This document shows, one piece after another, positions 28,900-38,691 of a stretch of DNA of 60,952 nt. The translations under genes were made by a program, and so were the position numbers. The stretch is from positions 1-60,952 of the forward strand of contig JBJKZN010000027.1 of the NCBI GenBank assembly GCA_045560315.1, given 5' to 3'. The DNA comes from Fidelibacterota bacterium. GTDB taxonomy: Bacteria > Fidelibacterota > Marinisomatia > Marinisomatales > Marinisomataceae. The notes beneath the pieces are model-generated. The model worked only from the letters and a program-made list of their open reading frames with translations, was not told where the DNA came from and did not search any database. Position 1 is the stretch's first letter, and every line of letters starts with the position of its first letter.

Positions 28900-29412
28900 T
28901 TACTTAAATTTATCTTTAATAACTTCGACCCAACCAGTTATTCGTTCTTCTGTTAGCTCTTCTTCATTGTCATTATCAACACCGAGTCCTAAAAACTCAT
29001 CACCGTCGAGCGCTTCAGATTCATCAAATTCATATCCTTGTGTTGGCCATCTTCCTATTAACTGACCGCCATTCTTCATAAATGGTTTAGCTAATAGACC
29101 AACAGCATCTAAATAATTAAAACTGTATGATACTTGATCTCCAGCGCCAAAAAATGCGCCTGTAATATTGCTAAAATCTAGCTTTCTATATTCTAGATAT
29201 ACTTCTTCCCAATCTTCTTGCAATTCACCTACATTCCATGTTGGACAGCCAATAATAAGATTTGAATATTCTAGCATTTTGGATGGTTCAGTCGATCTGA
29301 TATCATATGAGTCTACTTCATAACCTTCTGCTTCCATGAGCTCTTGAAGCAATTCTGAAGCTTCTTCTTGATTACCAGTTGTGCTTCCCCAAAATAATCC
29401 TATTTTTTCCAT
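28900..29412 (-). CDS. fldA: Long-chain flavodoxin
   Basis: 170 aa with IGLFWGSTTGNQE (FMN phosphate loop) and PTWNVGELQEDW. An AGAGGGGA purine-rich SD-like element lies about 11 nt upstream. Confidence 0.9.
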   Translation of the reverse strand: MEKIGLFWGSTTGNQEEASELLQELMEAEGYEVDSYDIRSTEPSKMLEYSNLIIGCPTWNVGELQEDWEEVYLEYRKLDFSNITGAFFGAGDQVSYSFNYLDAVGLLAKPFMKNGGQLIGRWPTQGYEFDESEALDGDEFLGLGVDNDNEEELTEERITGWVEVIKDKFK

Positions 29413-29472
29413 AATAGTTAGATCCCCTCTAGTTATTTAATGGGGGTAATTTAAGTATAGTTTTATATATTT

Positions 29473-29489
29473 TTGAGATTAAATCTCAA
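29473..29489. repeat. Perfect 8-1-8 palindrome TTGAGATT-A-AATCTCAA in the guaB-fldA spacer
   Basis: Direct reading shows the left arm at 29473-29480 is the exact reverse complement of 29482-29489. It lies 61-77 nt upstream of the fldA start and 12 nt downstream of the guaB stop. Confidence 0.9.
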
Positions 29490-29500
29490 GAAATTATATT

Positions 29501-30967
29501 TTATTTATCATGTCCTTGATAATTAGGAGCCTCTTTAATAATACTTACTTCATGAGGATGACTTTCTCTTCCAGCTGCTGCTGATATTTGAATAAATTTT
29601 TTATTTTTATAAAACGAAGATAAATCTTTAGCTCCACAATATCCCATAGATGATTTTAATCCACCAATTAATTGAAAAATTGTATTATTTACTGGACCTC
29701 TAAAAGGAACCATGCCTTCAATTCCTTCAGGTACGAGCTTTAACTCATCTTTCTCTTGTTGAAAGTATCGTTCGCCGCCACCTTCTTTCATAGCAGCTAA
29801 AGAACCCATCCCTCTATATGATTTATATCTTCTTCCTTCATAAACAATGGTTTCTCCAGGACTCTCATCCATTCCTGCTAACATACCGCCTAACATTACA
29901 ACGTTAGCTCCAGCAGCTAATGACTTTGCAATATCACCACTGTATCGAATACCTCCATCAGCAATAATTGGAATATTGTGCTTCAAACCAACCTTAGCAC
30001 AATCAATCACTGCTGAAAGTTGCGGAACGCCTATTCCAGCAACAATTCGTGTTGTACAACTAGATCCTGCACCTATACCTACCTTTACACAATCAGCTCC
30101 TGCTTTAATTAAATCTTCAGTCGCCTCAGCTGTAGCTACATTACCAGCTATCAAATCTAGTTTAGGGAATGCTTTTTTAATCTTTTTTACCAATTCTAAG
30201 ACGTATTCTGAATGACCGTGCGCAGTATCTACTACAACAGCATCAACACCTACCGAAGAAAGTGCACTAATTCTATCAGACCAATCGTCTCTGACGCTCA
30301 CCGCAGCTGCAACTCTCAATCTTCCATTTTTATCTTTTGAAGAATTAGGGAATTCTTCTTTCTTGGTTAAATCTTTAACTGTAATTAAACCTGCTAAATT
30401 ATCTTTTCCATCTACAACCAGTAATCTTTCTATTCTATGTTTTTGCAATATTTTTTTAGCTTCTTCATTGGTCGTATCTGATTTGACAGTGACTAAATTT
30501 TTTGCTGTCATTCTATCTTTTACCAATACAGCTAAATCTGATTCAAATCGTATATCTCTCTTAGTAATAATACCTACCAATTTACCTTTTGCAAGCACTG
30601 GTAGTCCTCCAATCGAGTATTGGTCCATTAATTTCTTCGCCTCTCCTACAGATTTACTTTGATCTAAGGTAATAGGATTCTGAATCATTCCACTTTCATA
30701 GCGCTTTACCTTATCAACCATCAAAGCTTGCTCTTCAATACTTAGATTCTTATGAATAACACCGATTCCACCCTGTCTAGCAAGAGCAATAGCCATGTCA
30801 GATTCAGTCACTGTATCCATTGCTGCGCTCATAACAGGTATATTCAATTCAATGTTCTTTGTAAGATGAGTCGAACAGTCTACTTCTTTAGGTAAAACAG
30901 AAGACTTCTGAGGGACTAAGAGAACATCATCAAATGTTAGTGTTTTTTTAATAGTATCTTTAGCCAC
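29501..30967 (-). CDS. guaB: IMP dehydrogenase
   Basis: 488 aa with a CBS pair insert and the catalytic loop GIGAGSSCTTR. The GTG start is preceded by GGAG 6 nt upstream. Confidence 0.95.
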   Translation of the reverse strand: MAKDTIKKTLTFDDVLLVPQKSSVLPKEVDCSTHLTKNIELNIPVMSAAMDTVTESDMAIALARQGGIGVIHKNLSIEEQALMVDKVKRYESGMIQNPITLDQSKSVGEAKKLMDQYSIGGLPVLAKGKLVGIITKRDIRFESDLAVLVKDRMTAKNLVTVKSDTTNEEAKKILQKHRIERLLVVDGKDNLAGLITVKDLTKKEEFPNSSKDKNGRLRVAAAVSVRDDWSDRISALSSVGVDAVVVDTAHGHSEYVLELVKKIKKAFPKLDLIAGNVATAEATEDLIKAGADCVKVGIGAGSSCTTRIVAGIGVPQLSAVIDCAKVGLKHNIPIIADGGIRYSGDIAKSLAAGANVVMLGGMLAGMDESPGETIVYEGRRYKSYRGMGSLAAMKEGGGERYFQQEKDELKLVPEGIEGMVPFRGPVNNTIFQLIGGLKSSMGYCGAKDLSSFYKNKKFIQISAAAGRESHPHEVSIIKEAPNYQGHDK

Positions 30968-31087
30968 GAAAAACTCCGAGCGTAAAGGTTGGAATGGTCA
31001 GTGTGTTAAACTTCTTAGAATAAAAAGTTTTTATTAAGGTCAACATTGAACAATTTAATAAAAAAGATAAGAAAATCCAGCAGATTA

Positions 31088-31846
31088 TTAATTGCTATCA
31101 AATTTCAACCAATTATACCCTTTATTGGTCGTAAAATAATAATAACAATAGAAGAATATAAAGTATCCTAACCCTATAAAGCCAAACCATAATTCTTTGG
31201 TTGATAAGAATATAAACAAAATGAATGGTAGATATTTCTGAGCATAGCCAAGATATTCTTTTGACTTAAATATTAATGCAACAATAAGAAATGGTAAATA
31301 TACTACTGCACTAGTAGATAAAACTGGTTCATCTTGATATATTGAAAAGATTAGAGCAATAATAGTAATAATAGTAGAAATAATTTTGCTACGCAAACTA
31401 TCTGAACGATATAATATATACAAAACAATAAAGAGTAAGAATAACCCAATCATCATCTTACCAAAAATAAGCACATCAATAAAAGCATAAATTGATAAGA
31501 ACAATAGGAAATTTGTTTGAAAATCTCTTTTGACTGTACGAAATGGTCCAAAAGACTCAAATCTGCTCATTAACCATAGAAATAGGATAGAGTGTAAGGC
31601 AATATTTACAACACCAATCCAGTCTTCAGGAATCATAGAGAATAGGTAATATCTATTCAGATCAATTTCCATAGCTCTATAAATTGCTATATCATAAGAT
31701 TTGACTAAATAATGTTGAAATGCAAACATAATCCACATCGGAAAAAATAATTCTAATCGATCAATTATATCGGTATCAATTCTCTGAAAAATATTATGGA
31801 TATGCTTATATATAGAAGATGTAGGCGGAAAAATTCTTTTAAACAT
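31088..31846 (-). CDS. Hypothetical polytopic membrane protein
   Basis: 252 aa with about 7 hydrophobic helices. I recognised no family motif. Confidence 0.5.
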   Translation of the reverse strand: MFKRIFPPTSSIYKHIHNIFQRIDTDIIDRLELFFPMWIMFAFQHYLVKSYDIAIYRAMEIDLNRYYLFSMIPEDWIGVVNIALHSILFLWLMSRFESFGPFRTVKRDFQTNFLLFLSIYAFIDVLIFGKMMIGLFLLFIVLYILYRSDSLRSKIISTIITIIALIFSIYQDEPVLSTSAVVYLPFLIVALIFKSKEYLGYAQKYLPFILFIFLSTKELWFGFIGLGYFIFFYCYYYFTTNKGYNWLKFDSN

Positions 31847-31851
31847 TCAGC

Positions 31852-33231
31852 TTAAATCCAACCAAATTGATATAGAAATACAAGGAAAATAGATATTGGA
31901 CTTACATATTTTATTAGAAAAGTAAAGACAGTGACAAAAGATTTCGATTTAAAAATCGAGTTTCCAAAATATATAGATTGAGATTCTCCTATTAGTAGGT
32001 TTTTAACAACCTCATCTACTTTCCATACATATCCTGCAAATACTGCTAGAAAGAATCCACCGAGAGGTAAAAGAACATTGGATGCTAGATAGTCCGCCAT
32101 ATCAAAAAAAGTGAAACCAGTTCCTAATAATTTGAAATCCGCAAGAACGTTAAAAGATAAAGCGCATGGAATCGCAGCTAAATAGACTAAAGTAGCCATA
32201 GTGAGTGTTGCTTTCGTTCTTGAATACTTCAACTCATCTACTAAATAAGAAACACTAACCTCTAAAATTGAAATTGCAGAAGTTATAGCTGCAATAGTTA
32301 GTAAAAGAAAAAATAGGAGTGCAAAGAAATATCCTCCTGCTAATTGAGAAAGCAATGGAGGTAATACGTGGAATACAAGACCAGGTCCTGCTGTAGGATC
32401 ATATCCAGATGAAAACACAACAGTAAAAATAGCAACACCAGCCATTATTGCAATAAAAGTATCAAGGAATGCTACCAGATATGATGCATTAACAATGTCG
32501 TCATTATCTGAAAGATAACTTCCATAAGTCATCATCGCACCCATACCTAAACTGAGAGTGAAAAATGCATGCCCTAAAGCAAGTAAGAAAGTTTGCGCAT
32601 TAATTTTTGACCAATCTGGTTCGAATAAAAATGATACTCCTTTATTGGCGTCAGGCAGTGACAATCCTTGAACTACTAAAATCATTAAAATGATAAATAA
32701 AGCAGGCATTAAATACCTGCTCGCTCTTTCTAATCCATCTCTAACGCCTGATAATATAATTCCAACAACCATTAAGAAAAATCCTGTATGATAACCCATC
32801 ACCCATAATGGATTGCTATTTTTAAGATCAAAAAACTCTCCTGCAACTTGTGGCGTATCGAAAGTAAATCCTTTAAAAGCTTCTATTGTATAAGCTACAG
32901 ACCATCCGCCAACAATGCTGTAAAAAGAAAGAATAGTAAAACTAGCAAATACTCCTAACGCCCCTACATATGTCCAAAAAGGTTTCCCTGATAACGTCCT
33001 AAATGCACCTACTGGATTTTTTTGTGTGGCTCTTCCTAATAAGATTTCAACATTCAAGATTGGTAATCCTATCATAAGAATACAAATCATATAAATGAAC
33101 AAGAATGCTGCCCCACCGTTCTCTCCTGCTATATAAGGAAATTTCCAGATATTACCAAGCCCCACCGCTGAACCAGCAGCAGCCAATATAAAACTAGTCT
33201 TAGAGCTCCATTGCTCTCTATTGTTGCTCAT
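31852..33231 (-). CDS. Sodium-dependent transporter, neurotransmitter:sodium symporter (SNF) family
   Basis: The N-terminal WSSKTSFILAAAGSAVGLGNIWKFPY signature is present. The protein is 459 aa and polytopic. Confidence 0.9.
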   Translation of the reverse strand: MSNNREQWSSKTSFILAAAGSAVGLGNIWKFPYIAGENGGAAFLFIYMICILMIGLPILNVEILLGRATQKNPVGAFRTLSGKPFWTYVGALGVFASFTILSFYSIVGGWSVAYTIEAFKGFTFDTPQVAGEFFDLKNSNPLWVMGYHTGFFLMVVGIILSGVRDGLERASRYLMPALFIILMILVVQGLSLPDANKGVSFLFEPDWSKINAQTFLLALGHAFFTLSLGMGAMMTYGSYLSDNDDIVNASYLVAFLDTFIAIMAGVAIFTVVFSSGYDPTAGPGLVFHVLPPLLSQLAGGYFFALLFFLLLTIAAITSAISILEVSVSYLVDELKYSRTKATLTMATLVYLAAIPCALSFNVLADFKLLGTGFTFFDMADYLASNVLLPLGGFFLAVFAGYVWKVDEVVKNLLIGESQSIYFGNSIFKSKSFVTVFTFLIKYVSPISIFLVFLYQFGWI

Positions 33232-33658
33232 TTTCTTCCTTATTATTATTTAGAGGATCGCTTTCTTCAACGATCTCATCAAAGTTGTCAAGGTGCGCTT
33301 CTACTACCGCATCAAGAACGCTATAAAAATATAAACCAATTGCAATCCATGCAAATCGATTTCTTTCTCTTAAATAGTGTTCCTTGGAATTTGCATAAGA
33401 ATCATCATAATTATTATATTTTTTTCTATTTTCATTAAAACTCCATAATGCTAAGATTTCACCTGCCATCAATGTATATCCTTTGACTTTTTGATCATTG
33501 TATATTTGCCCGGCTCCCGGTATTGTCAATGAGCGCTTCAAAGCAACTTTAGGATCTTTTAATTGTTCTTCTTCGGTACGAAAATCTACTTTCTGTTGAG
33601 AAAAAAGATAGGAAAAAATAATAAGGCTAAAGAATAGTAATTTTGCTAGCCTAAACAT
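33218..33658 (-). CDS. Hypothetical exported/membrane protein (DUF5683-like)
   Basis: 146 aa with a signal-like N-terminus and a SLTIPGAGQIYN motif reminiscent of DUF5683 in Bacteroidota. It overlaps the SNF gene by 14 nt. Confidence 0.45.
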   Translation of the reverse strand: MFRLAKLLFFSLIIFSYLFSQQKVDFRTEEEQLKDPKVALKRSLTIPGAGQIYNDQKVKGYTLMAGEILALWSFNENRKKYNNYDDSYANSKEHYLRERNRFAWIAIGLYFYSVLDAVVEAHLDNFDEIVEESDPLNNNKEENEQQ

Positions 33659-34011
33659 TCAATCTCTACTCTTGCTCCCATTGGTAATCCTGCTACTTGA
33701 ATTGTCGTACGTGCTGGATACGCGCCCTTAATTCTTTTTTCTATTTCAGCATTTACTAATGGCGTATAAGTCAAATCTGTTAAAAATACAGTAAACTTTC
33801 TTATATCTTCTATCGTCTTATTATTATCTGCCAAAACAGCTTCAATATTGTTAAAGACCTGGTTTACTTCATCTTCAATAGTATCATTATTCAATTCTCC
33901 AGATTCAGGATCTATAGGAATTGATCCTGCCATAACCCAATCAGAATTATCTCCTAAATGTCTAAACATTGAATAGGGACCAACAGGGGTAGGTGATTTA
34001 AAATTACTCAT
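33646..34011 (-). CDS. ridA: RidA/YjgF family reactive-intermediate deaminase
   Basis: 121 aa with GPYS...G.IP.....G.........Q...N........ and a C-terminal PARTTIQVAGLPMGARVEIE. Confidence 0.8.
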   Translation of the reverse strand: MSNFKSPTPVGPYSMFRHLGDNSDWVMAGSIPIDPESGELNNDTIEDEVNQVFNNIEAVLADNNKTIEDIRKFTVFLTDLTYTPLVNAEIEKRIKGAYPARTTIQVAGLPMGARVEIECLG

Positions 34012-34023
34012 TACTATTTCCTT

Positions 34024-34452
34024 TCAAATTTTGCATAAACTTAACGTAGCTAATCCAATATCTTCATCGAGAGCTCTATGCGTTTTATCTTTAAAGTCAT
34101 GTATTATGAATTCTCCTACTGCTGCTACTTCCATCTCAAATAAATGTCCACCCGAAACCTCCATATCATGATTTCCTAAGGTGATATGAGCGTGTAAAAA
34201 AGGCTTATCATCTTTTAAAGCGATATTGCCTTGAAATGACAATAACTCAAGCGTAGAATCAAAAACTTTATGTATATAATCCTTTGAAGTAATATCATAA
34301 GCTCCTATATCGACATTCTTAACTGCTCCTATACCTGAAATTTGTCCAGAGTATATTTTTTGTTCGATACAAAAAGCTGTTAGGCTATCTATTACTTTCT
34401 CGCCTTTTTCAACATAAACAATGTAAGAATCATCAATTTTTTGAAATTGCAT
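34024..34452 (-). CDS. PPC (DUF296) domain protein
   Basis: 142 aa with LELLSFQGNIA....PFLHAHITLG.....VSGGHL, which is typical of the PPC/DUF296 fold. Confidence 0.7.
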   Translation of the reverse strand: MQFQKIDDSYIVYVEKGEKVIDSLTAFCIEQKIYSGQISGIGAVKNVDIGAYDITSKDYIHKVFDSTLELLSFQGNIALKDDKPFLHAHITLGNHDMEVSGGHLFEMEVAAVGEFIIHDFKDKTHRALDEDIGLATLSLCKI

Positions 34453-36989
34453 TATAATTTCTCCGTTTCAGATTTTACTAATTCATTAACTTTATCCTTA
34501 ATATCAATTAAAGAGAAATCTGCAGATGCTCCAGCCGTAGCAAAATCATCTTTACCTCCACCTCCACCATCTAACTCTTTTCCAATCAGTTTTGCTAAAG
34601 AAGATGCAGATAGAGATTTTTCAATCAAATCTTTTGATACGCTAATGGAAACCATAGGTTTTTCATCAATAATTGCTGAAAAAACAGCAATACCCGAAAC
34701 AAATTTTGCATCTAATTTTCTATTAAGTTTCTTTAAGTCGTTAATTGATCCTAGAACAACTGACTCATTTATAAACTGAATATTATTTAAACTATTTTGA
34801 TTCTGAAGAATCTTATCAATATCAATAGCATTTAACATTTCTGATTGATTCTTTTTCTCAAGTTCTCTTTTTTGCGAAGCTTCTTTTAATTGATTGATGA
34901 CATCTATTTCATTCTGAATATGAGCAGTAACATGCTCGCCAGTAAGTGCATGAACTCTTCTAACTCCAGATGCAATAGCTTTTTCGCTTGTTATCATAAA
35001 ACTATTGATTTCACCAGTGGCTGAAACATGAGTACCTCCACATAATTCCTTGGAAAAAGACCCCATTGTCAATACTCTCACTTTATCGCCATATTTCTCC
35101 CCAAACAATGCTGTAGCACCTTCTTTTTTTGCTTCTTCTAATGTCTTTATATCTGTCTCTACACTGATATCTTCCGCAATCTTGTTTTTGACAATCAATT
35201 CAATAGCTTCAATTTCTTTTTTATCAATTTTAGAAGGATGAGTAATATCCAATCTGAGATAATCGGGATGCACTAAAGACCCTGCTTGATTCACATGATC
35301 GCCTAAAACATCTTTAAGTGCTTGATGTAATAAGTGGGTTGCTGAATGATTAATCTTAATATCTCCTCTTCTTGTTGAATCTATTTGACAAGAGACATTC
35401 ATATCTTGTGACATAGATCCTTTCTCGAGACTACATACATGGATAATAAAATCTCCATCTCTCTGTGTATCGAGTACATTAAAAGAAAAATCTTGATTCT
35501 CAATAGTTCCAGTATCTCCAATTTGACCTCCTGATTCAGCATAAAATGGAGTCTTATCTAAAACAATATATACCTTATCATCAATATCAGCCCAATTCAC
35601 AACTTTGCTAGAACTTTTCTCTTCGCTATATCCAATAAATCTCGAATGTGGTGCATCGCTACTAATCTTCCACTTAATACCTGCACTATCCATAACAAAT
35701 TTTTGACTCTTTTTAGCAAGATCTTTCTGTTTTTTCATTTCTGCTTCGAAACCTTGCGTATCCACTGTTTTTCCTTTTTCTGAAGCCATTAATTCTGTTA
35801 AATCTAAAGGAAATCCGTAAGTATCATATAATTTAAAGGCATCAGCTCCGCTTATATTTTCAGAAGTAGAATTTTTGATTATTTTTTCAAATTGAATAAT
35901 TCCTTTTTCTAGTGTAGTTAAGAAAGATTCTTCCTCGCTAAGTATAGTCTGCTCTATATGCTTTTGCTTATCTTTTAGCTCTGGGTAGGTATCCGACATT
36001 GTTGCAACAACTGATTTGACTAATTTATATAGAATTGGCCCTTCATTATTAAGATCCATTGCAAATCTTGATCCCCTTCTAAGAACTCTTCTCACAACAT
36101 AACCTCTGCCTTCATTTGATGGCAATACTCCATCAGCAATTGCAAATGATAGCATTCTAATATGATCGCATATAACATTATATGCCACTTCATTATCTGT
36201 ATAGCTTGTGTTAGATATTTTCTCTAAATCAGATATGGTCTTTGCAAATAAATCTGTTTTATAATTTGAATTTTTATTTTGTAATACTGAGCAAATTCTT
36301 TCTAATCCAGCTCCAGTGTCGACATGTTTTTTTGGTAAATCTTCCAAGGTTCCATCTTTTAGGCGATTACTTTGTATAAATACTAGATTCCATAACTCCC
36401 AATACTCATCAGAGTTATTTACATGCTTAGCTTCTTGACTATCAACGTCATCTCCTACATAATAATGTATCTCTGAGCATGGTCCACAAGGGCCTGTTTC
36501 TGCCATCTCCCAGAAATTATCTTTTGCTCCAGATCTTACAATGCGACTTTTATCAATATCGGTTTCTTTCTCCCACAAATCATATGCTTCATCATCGTTT
36601 TCAAATACTGTCACCCAAAGACGTGATTTGTCTAATTTCCATACATCAGTAAATAATTCCCAAGACCACTTAATCGCTTCTTTTTTATAATAATCCCCAA
36701 AAGACCAGTTGCCAAGCATTTCAAAAAAAGTATGGTGAAATCCATCTCTTCCTACTTCTTCTAAGTCATTATGCTTACCGCTAACTCTAATACATTTTTG
36801 ACTATTTACTACACGTAAGTGTTTTGGTTTTTCTGTATCTAAAAAAATTGGTTTGAATTGATTCATTCCAGCGTTTGTAAAAAGAAGTGACTTGTCGCCA
36901 TGCGGTAATACAGGAGCGCTAGGAACCTTATGATGGTTTTTACCTTCAAAAAAGTTAATAAATGATTTTCTAATTTCTTTGCTGTTCAT
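34452..36989 (-). CDS. alaS: Alanine--tRNA ligase
   Basis: 845 aa with FTNAGMNQFK, the HxxxH editing-domain motif (NHSATHLLH), and a C-terminal DHHA1-like domain with GGGGGK. Confidence 0.95.
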   Translation of the reverse strand: MNSKEIRKSFINFFEGKNHHKVPSAPVLPHGDKSLLFTNAGMNQFKPIFLDTEKPKHLRVVNSQKCIRVSGKHNDLEEVGRDGFHHTFFEMLGNWSFGDYYKKEAIKWSWELFTDVWKLDKSRLWVTVFENDDEAYDLWEKETDIDKSRIVRSGAKDNFWEMAETGPCGPCSEIHYYVGDDVDSQEAKHVNNSDEYWELWNLVFIQSNRLKDGTLEDLPKKHVDTGAGLERICSVLQNKNSNYKTDLFAKTISDLEKISNTSYTDNEVAYNVICDHIRMLSFAIADGVLPSNEGRGYVVRRVLRRGSRFAMDLNNEGPILYKLVKSVVATMSDTYPELKDKQKHIEQTILSEEESFLTTLEKGIIQFEKIIKNSTSENISGADAFKLYDTYGFPLDLTELMASEKGKTVDTQGFEAEMKKQKDLAKKSQKFVMDSAGIKWKISSDAPHSRFIGYSEEKSSSKVVNWADIDDKVYIVLDKTPFYAESGGQIGDTGTIENQDFSFNVLDTQRDGDFIIHVCSLEKGSMSQDMNVSCQIDSTRRGDIKINHSATHLLHQALKDVLGDHVNQAGSLVHPDYLRLDITHPSKIDKKEIEAIELIVKNKIAEDISVETDIKTLEEAKKEGATALFGEKYGDKVRVLTMGSFSKELCGGTHVSATGEINSFMITSEKAIASGVRRVHALTGEHVTAHIQNEIDVINQLKEASQKRELEKKNQSEMLNAIDIDKILQNQNSLNNIQFINESVVLGSINDLKKLNRKLDAKFVSGIAVFSAIIDEKPMVSISVSKDLIEKSLSASSLAKLIGKELDGGGGGKDDFATAGASADFSLIDIKDKVNELVKSETEKL

Positions 36990-37035
36990 CGATAAAGTGT
37001 TTCATATGAATCTAAACAAATAATATATTCATTAG

Positions 37036-37650
37036 GTGAAAAATAATCTAACAATAACTGCATTATTTCTACTTTTTTCTTGTTTTGTGTTTGGACAAGA
37101 AGTCACCATTAATAATCTCGAAATTGATTCTAGAAAAAATGGTACGTTAATTAATATAGGCAGTACAAAAAAAATTGATTTAGAAGATGTGACTGCTTGG
37201 TATTCATCCGAATGGTTTTATTTAACAGTCTACAATGCTGAAACGGATAGTACAAAATTAGCTGGCCAAGAATTGGGTGGATCAATTACAAAAATTGAAA
37301 TAGCAAATAATGAGGAATCCACACAAATAGCCTTAAAATTAAGAAAAGAAATTGAGTCATTTGAAATCACAAACCCAACAAGAAAGAGTATATCTTTTCT
37401 TTTAAGACTATCTCAAGAAGAAGCTAAAAAAAGCATTACAATGGATGAGGAAATTAAGACTTTTGCAAAGAAAAATGACGACGATATAAAAAAATCTAAA
37501 AAACTGGAAAAGAAAAATAACTCAATTCAAAAAACTGATAGAGCGATAGAATTATCTATATTAGGCGCTATTGTTGCTGCTAGCGATATTACCAATCCAA
37601 GCACTTTTCTTCTTGGGGCAATAATTGCTTTATCTACTGTATTCTTTTAA
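37036..37650 (+). CDS. Hypothetical exported protein with K/E-rich linker and C-terminal hydrophobic anchor
   Basis: 204 aa from a GTG start, with a signal peptide (LFLLFSCFVFGQ) and a C-terminal TM helix. Only 46 nt separate it from the divergent alaS start. Confidence 0.45.
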   Translation: MKNNLTITALFLLFSCFVFGQEVTINNLEIDSRKNGTLINIGSTKKIDLEDVTAWYSSEWFYLTVYNAETDSTKLAGQELGGSITKIEIANNEESTQIALKLRKEIESFEITNPTRKSISFLLRLSQEEAKKSITMDEEIKTFAKKNDDDIKKSKKLEKKNNSIQKTDRAIELSILGAIVAASDITNPSTFLLGAIIALSTVFF

Positions 37651-37651
37651 T

Positions 37652-38596
37652 CTATAAATCAGCATACTTATCAGTATACTCAATTAGTTTATTTTTAATG
37701 CCTTCCTCATAGATTGAGTGACCAGCATCAGGAATAATATGAAAATCTGCTTCTGGCCAAGCTTTATGTAGATCCCATGCCTGAACCACTGGACATATGA
37801 TATCATATCTTCCATGAACAATTACAGCAGGTATATTTCTGATTTTATCGATATTCTCAATTAAATAATTATCAGAATCAAACCAACAATTATTCATAAA
37901 ATAATGGCATTCAATTCTTGCAAACGCTTCCGCAAATTTTTCATCAGAGAAATCTCCAATAAAATTTTCATCTAACAACAACCTGACTGTACTGCCTTCC
38001 CAGGTGCTCCAAGCTTTTGCAGCCTCAATTTTCTTAGAATAATCATCTCCAGTTAAAATTTCATAATATGCTTTCAATAAATTATTTCTTTTGTCAGGAG
38101 CAATAGGGGCAAGAAAAGATTCCCATCTATCAGGAAAAATGTTATTTGCTCCCTCTTGATAAAACCAATCAATTTCTTTTTTTCTTACTAAAAAAATTCC
38201 TCTCAATATTAGCCCTTTGCATGAACTAGGGTGTGTTTGGCTATATGCCAAAGATAATGTGCTACCCCAACTCCCACCAAATACTACCCAAGAATCAATT
38301 CCTAAATGTTTTCGTATTTTCTCAATATCTTCTACTAAATCCCATGTCGTATTTTCTTTCAATTCAGCAAATGGGGTGCTTTTACCACATCCTCTTTGAT
38401 CAAACATAATAATACGCCATTTTTCAGGATCAAAATATTGCCTATACGAAGAACTAATGCCTCCTCCGGGACCTCCATGAAGAAAAATGACAGGTTTTCC
38501 ATTCCTGTTTCCTGATTCTTCAACATAAATACTATGCATATCAGATACGGGCAACTGGAAAGAGTTAAATAGTTCGGCGGTTGGATATAAATTCAT
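37652..38596 (-). CDS. pip: Prolyl aminopeptidase (proline iminopeptidase, S33)
   Basis: Contains HGGPGGG, DQRGCGKS and GGSWGSTL (nucleophile), with a C-terminal His at GHS. Confidence 0.9.
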   Translation of the reverse strand: MNLYPTAELFNSFQLPVSDMHSIYVEESGNRNGKPVIFLHGGPGGGISSSYRQYFDPEKWRIIMFDQRGCGKSTPFAELKENTTWDLVEDIEKIRKHLGIDSWVVFGGSWGSTLSLAYSQTHPSSCKGLILRGIFLVRKKEIDWFYQEGANNIFPDRWESFLAPIAPDKRNNLLKAYYEILTGDDYSKKIEAAKAWSTWEGSTVRLLLDENFIGDFSDEKFAEAFARIECHYFMNNCWFDSDNYLIENIDKIRNIPAVIVHGRYDIICPVVQAWDLHKAWPEADFHIIPDAGHSIYEEGIKNKLIEYTDKYADL

Positions 38597-38691
38597 GAAA
38601 GAATTTAATTAATATAAATTATATTTTTAATAGTTAATAAATTTGTTGCCCATTAATAAGAATTCCGTAATTTTACTGCGTCTTTAATGAT

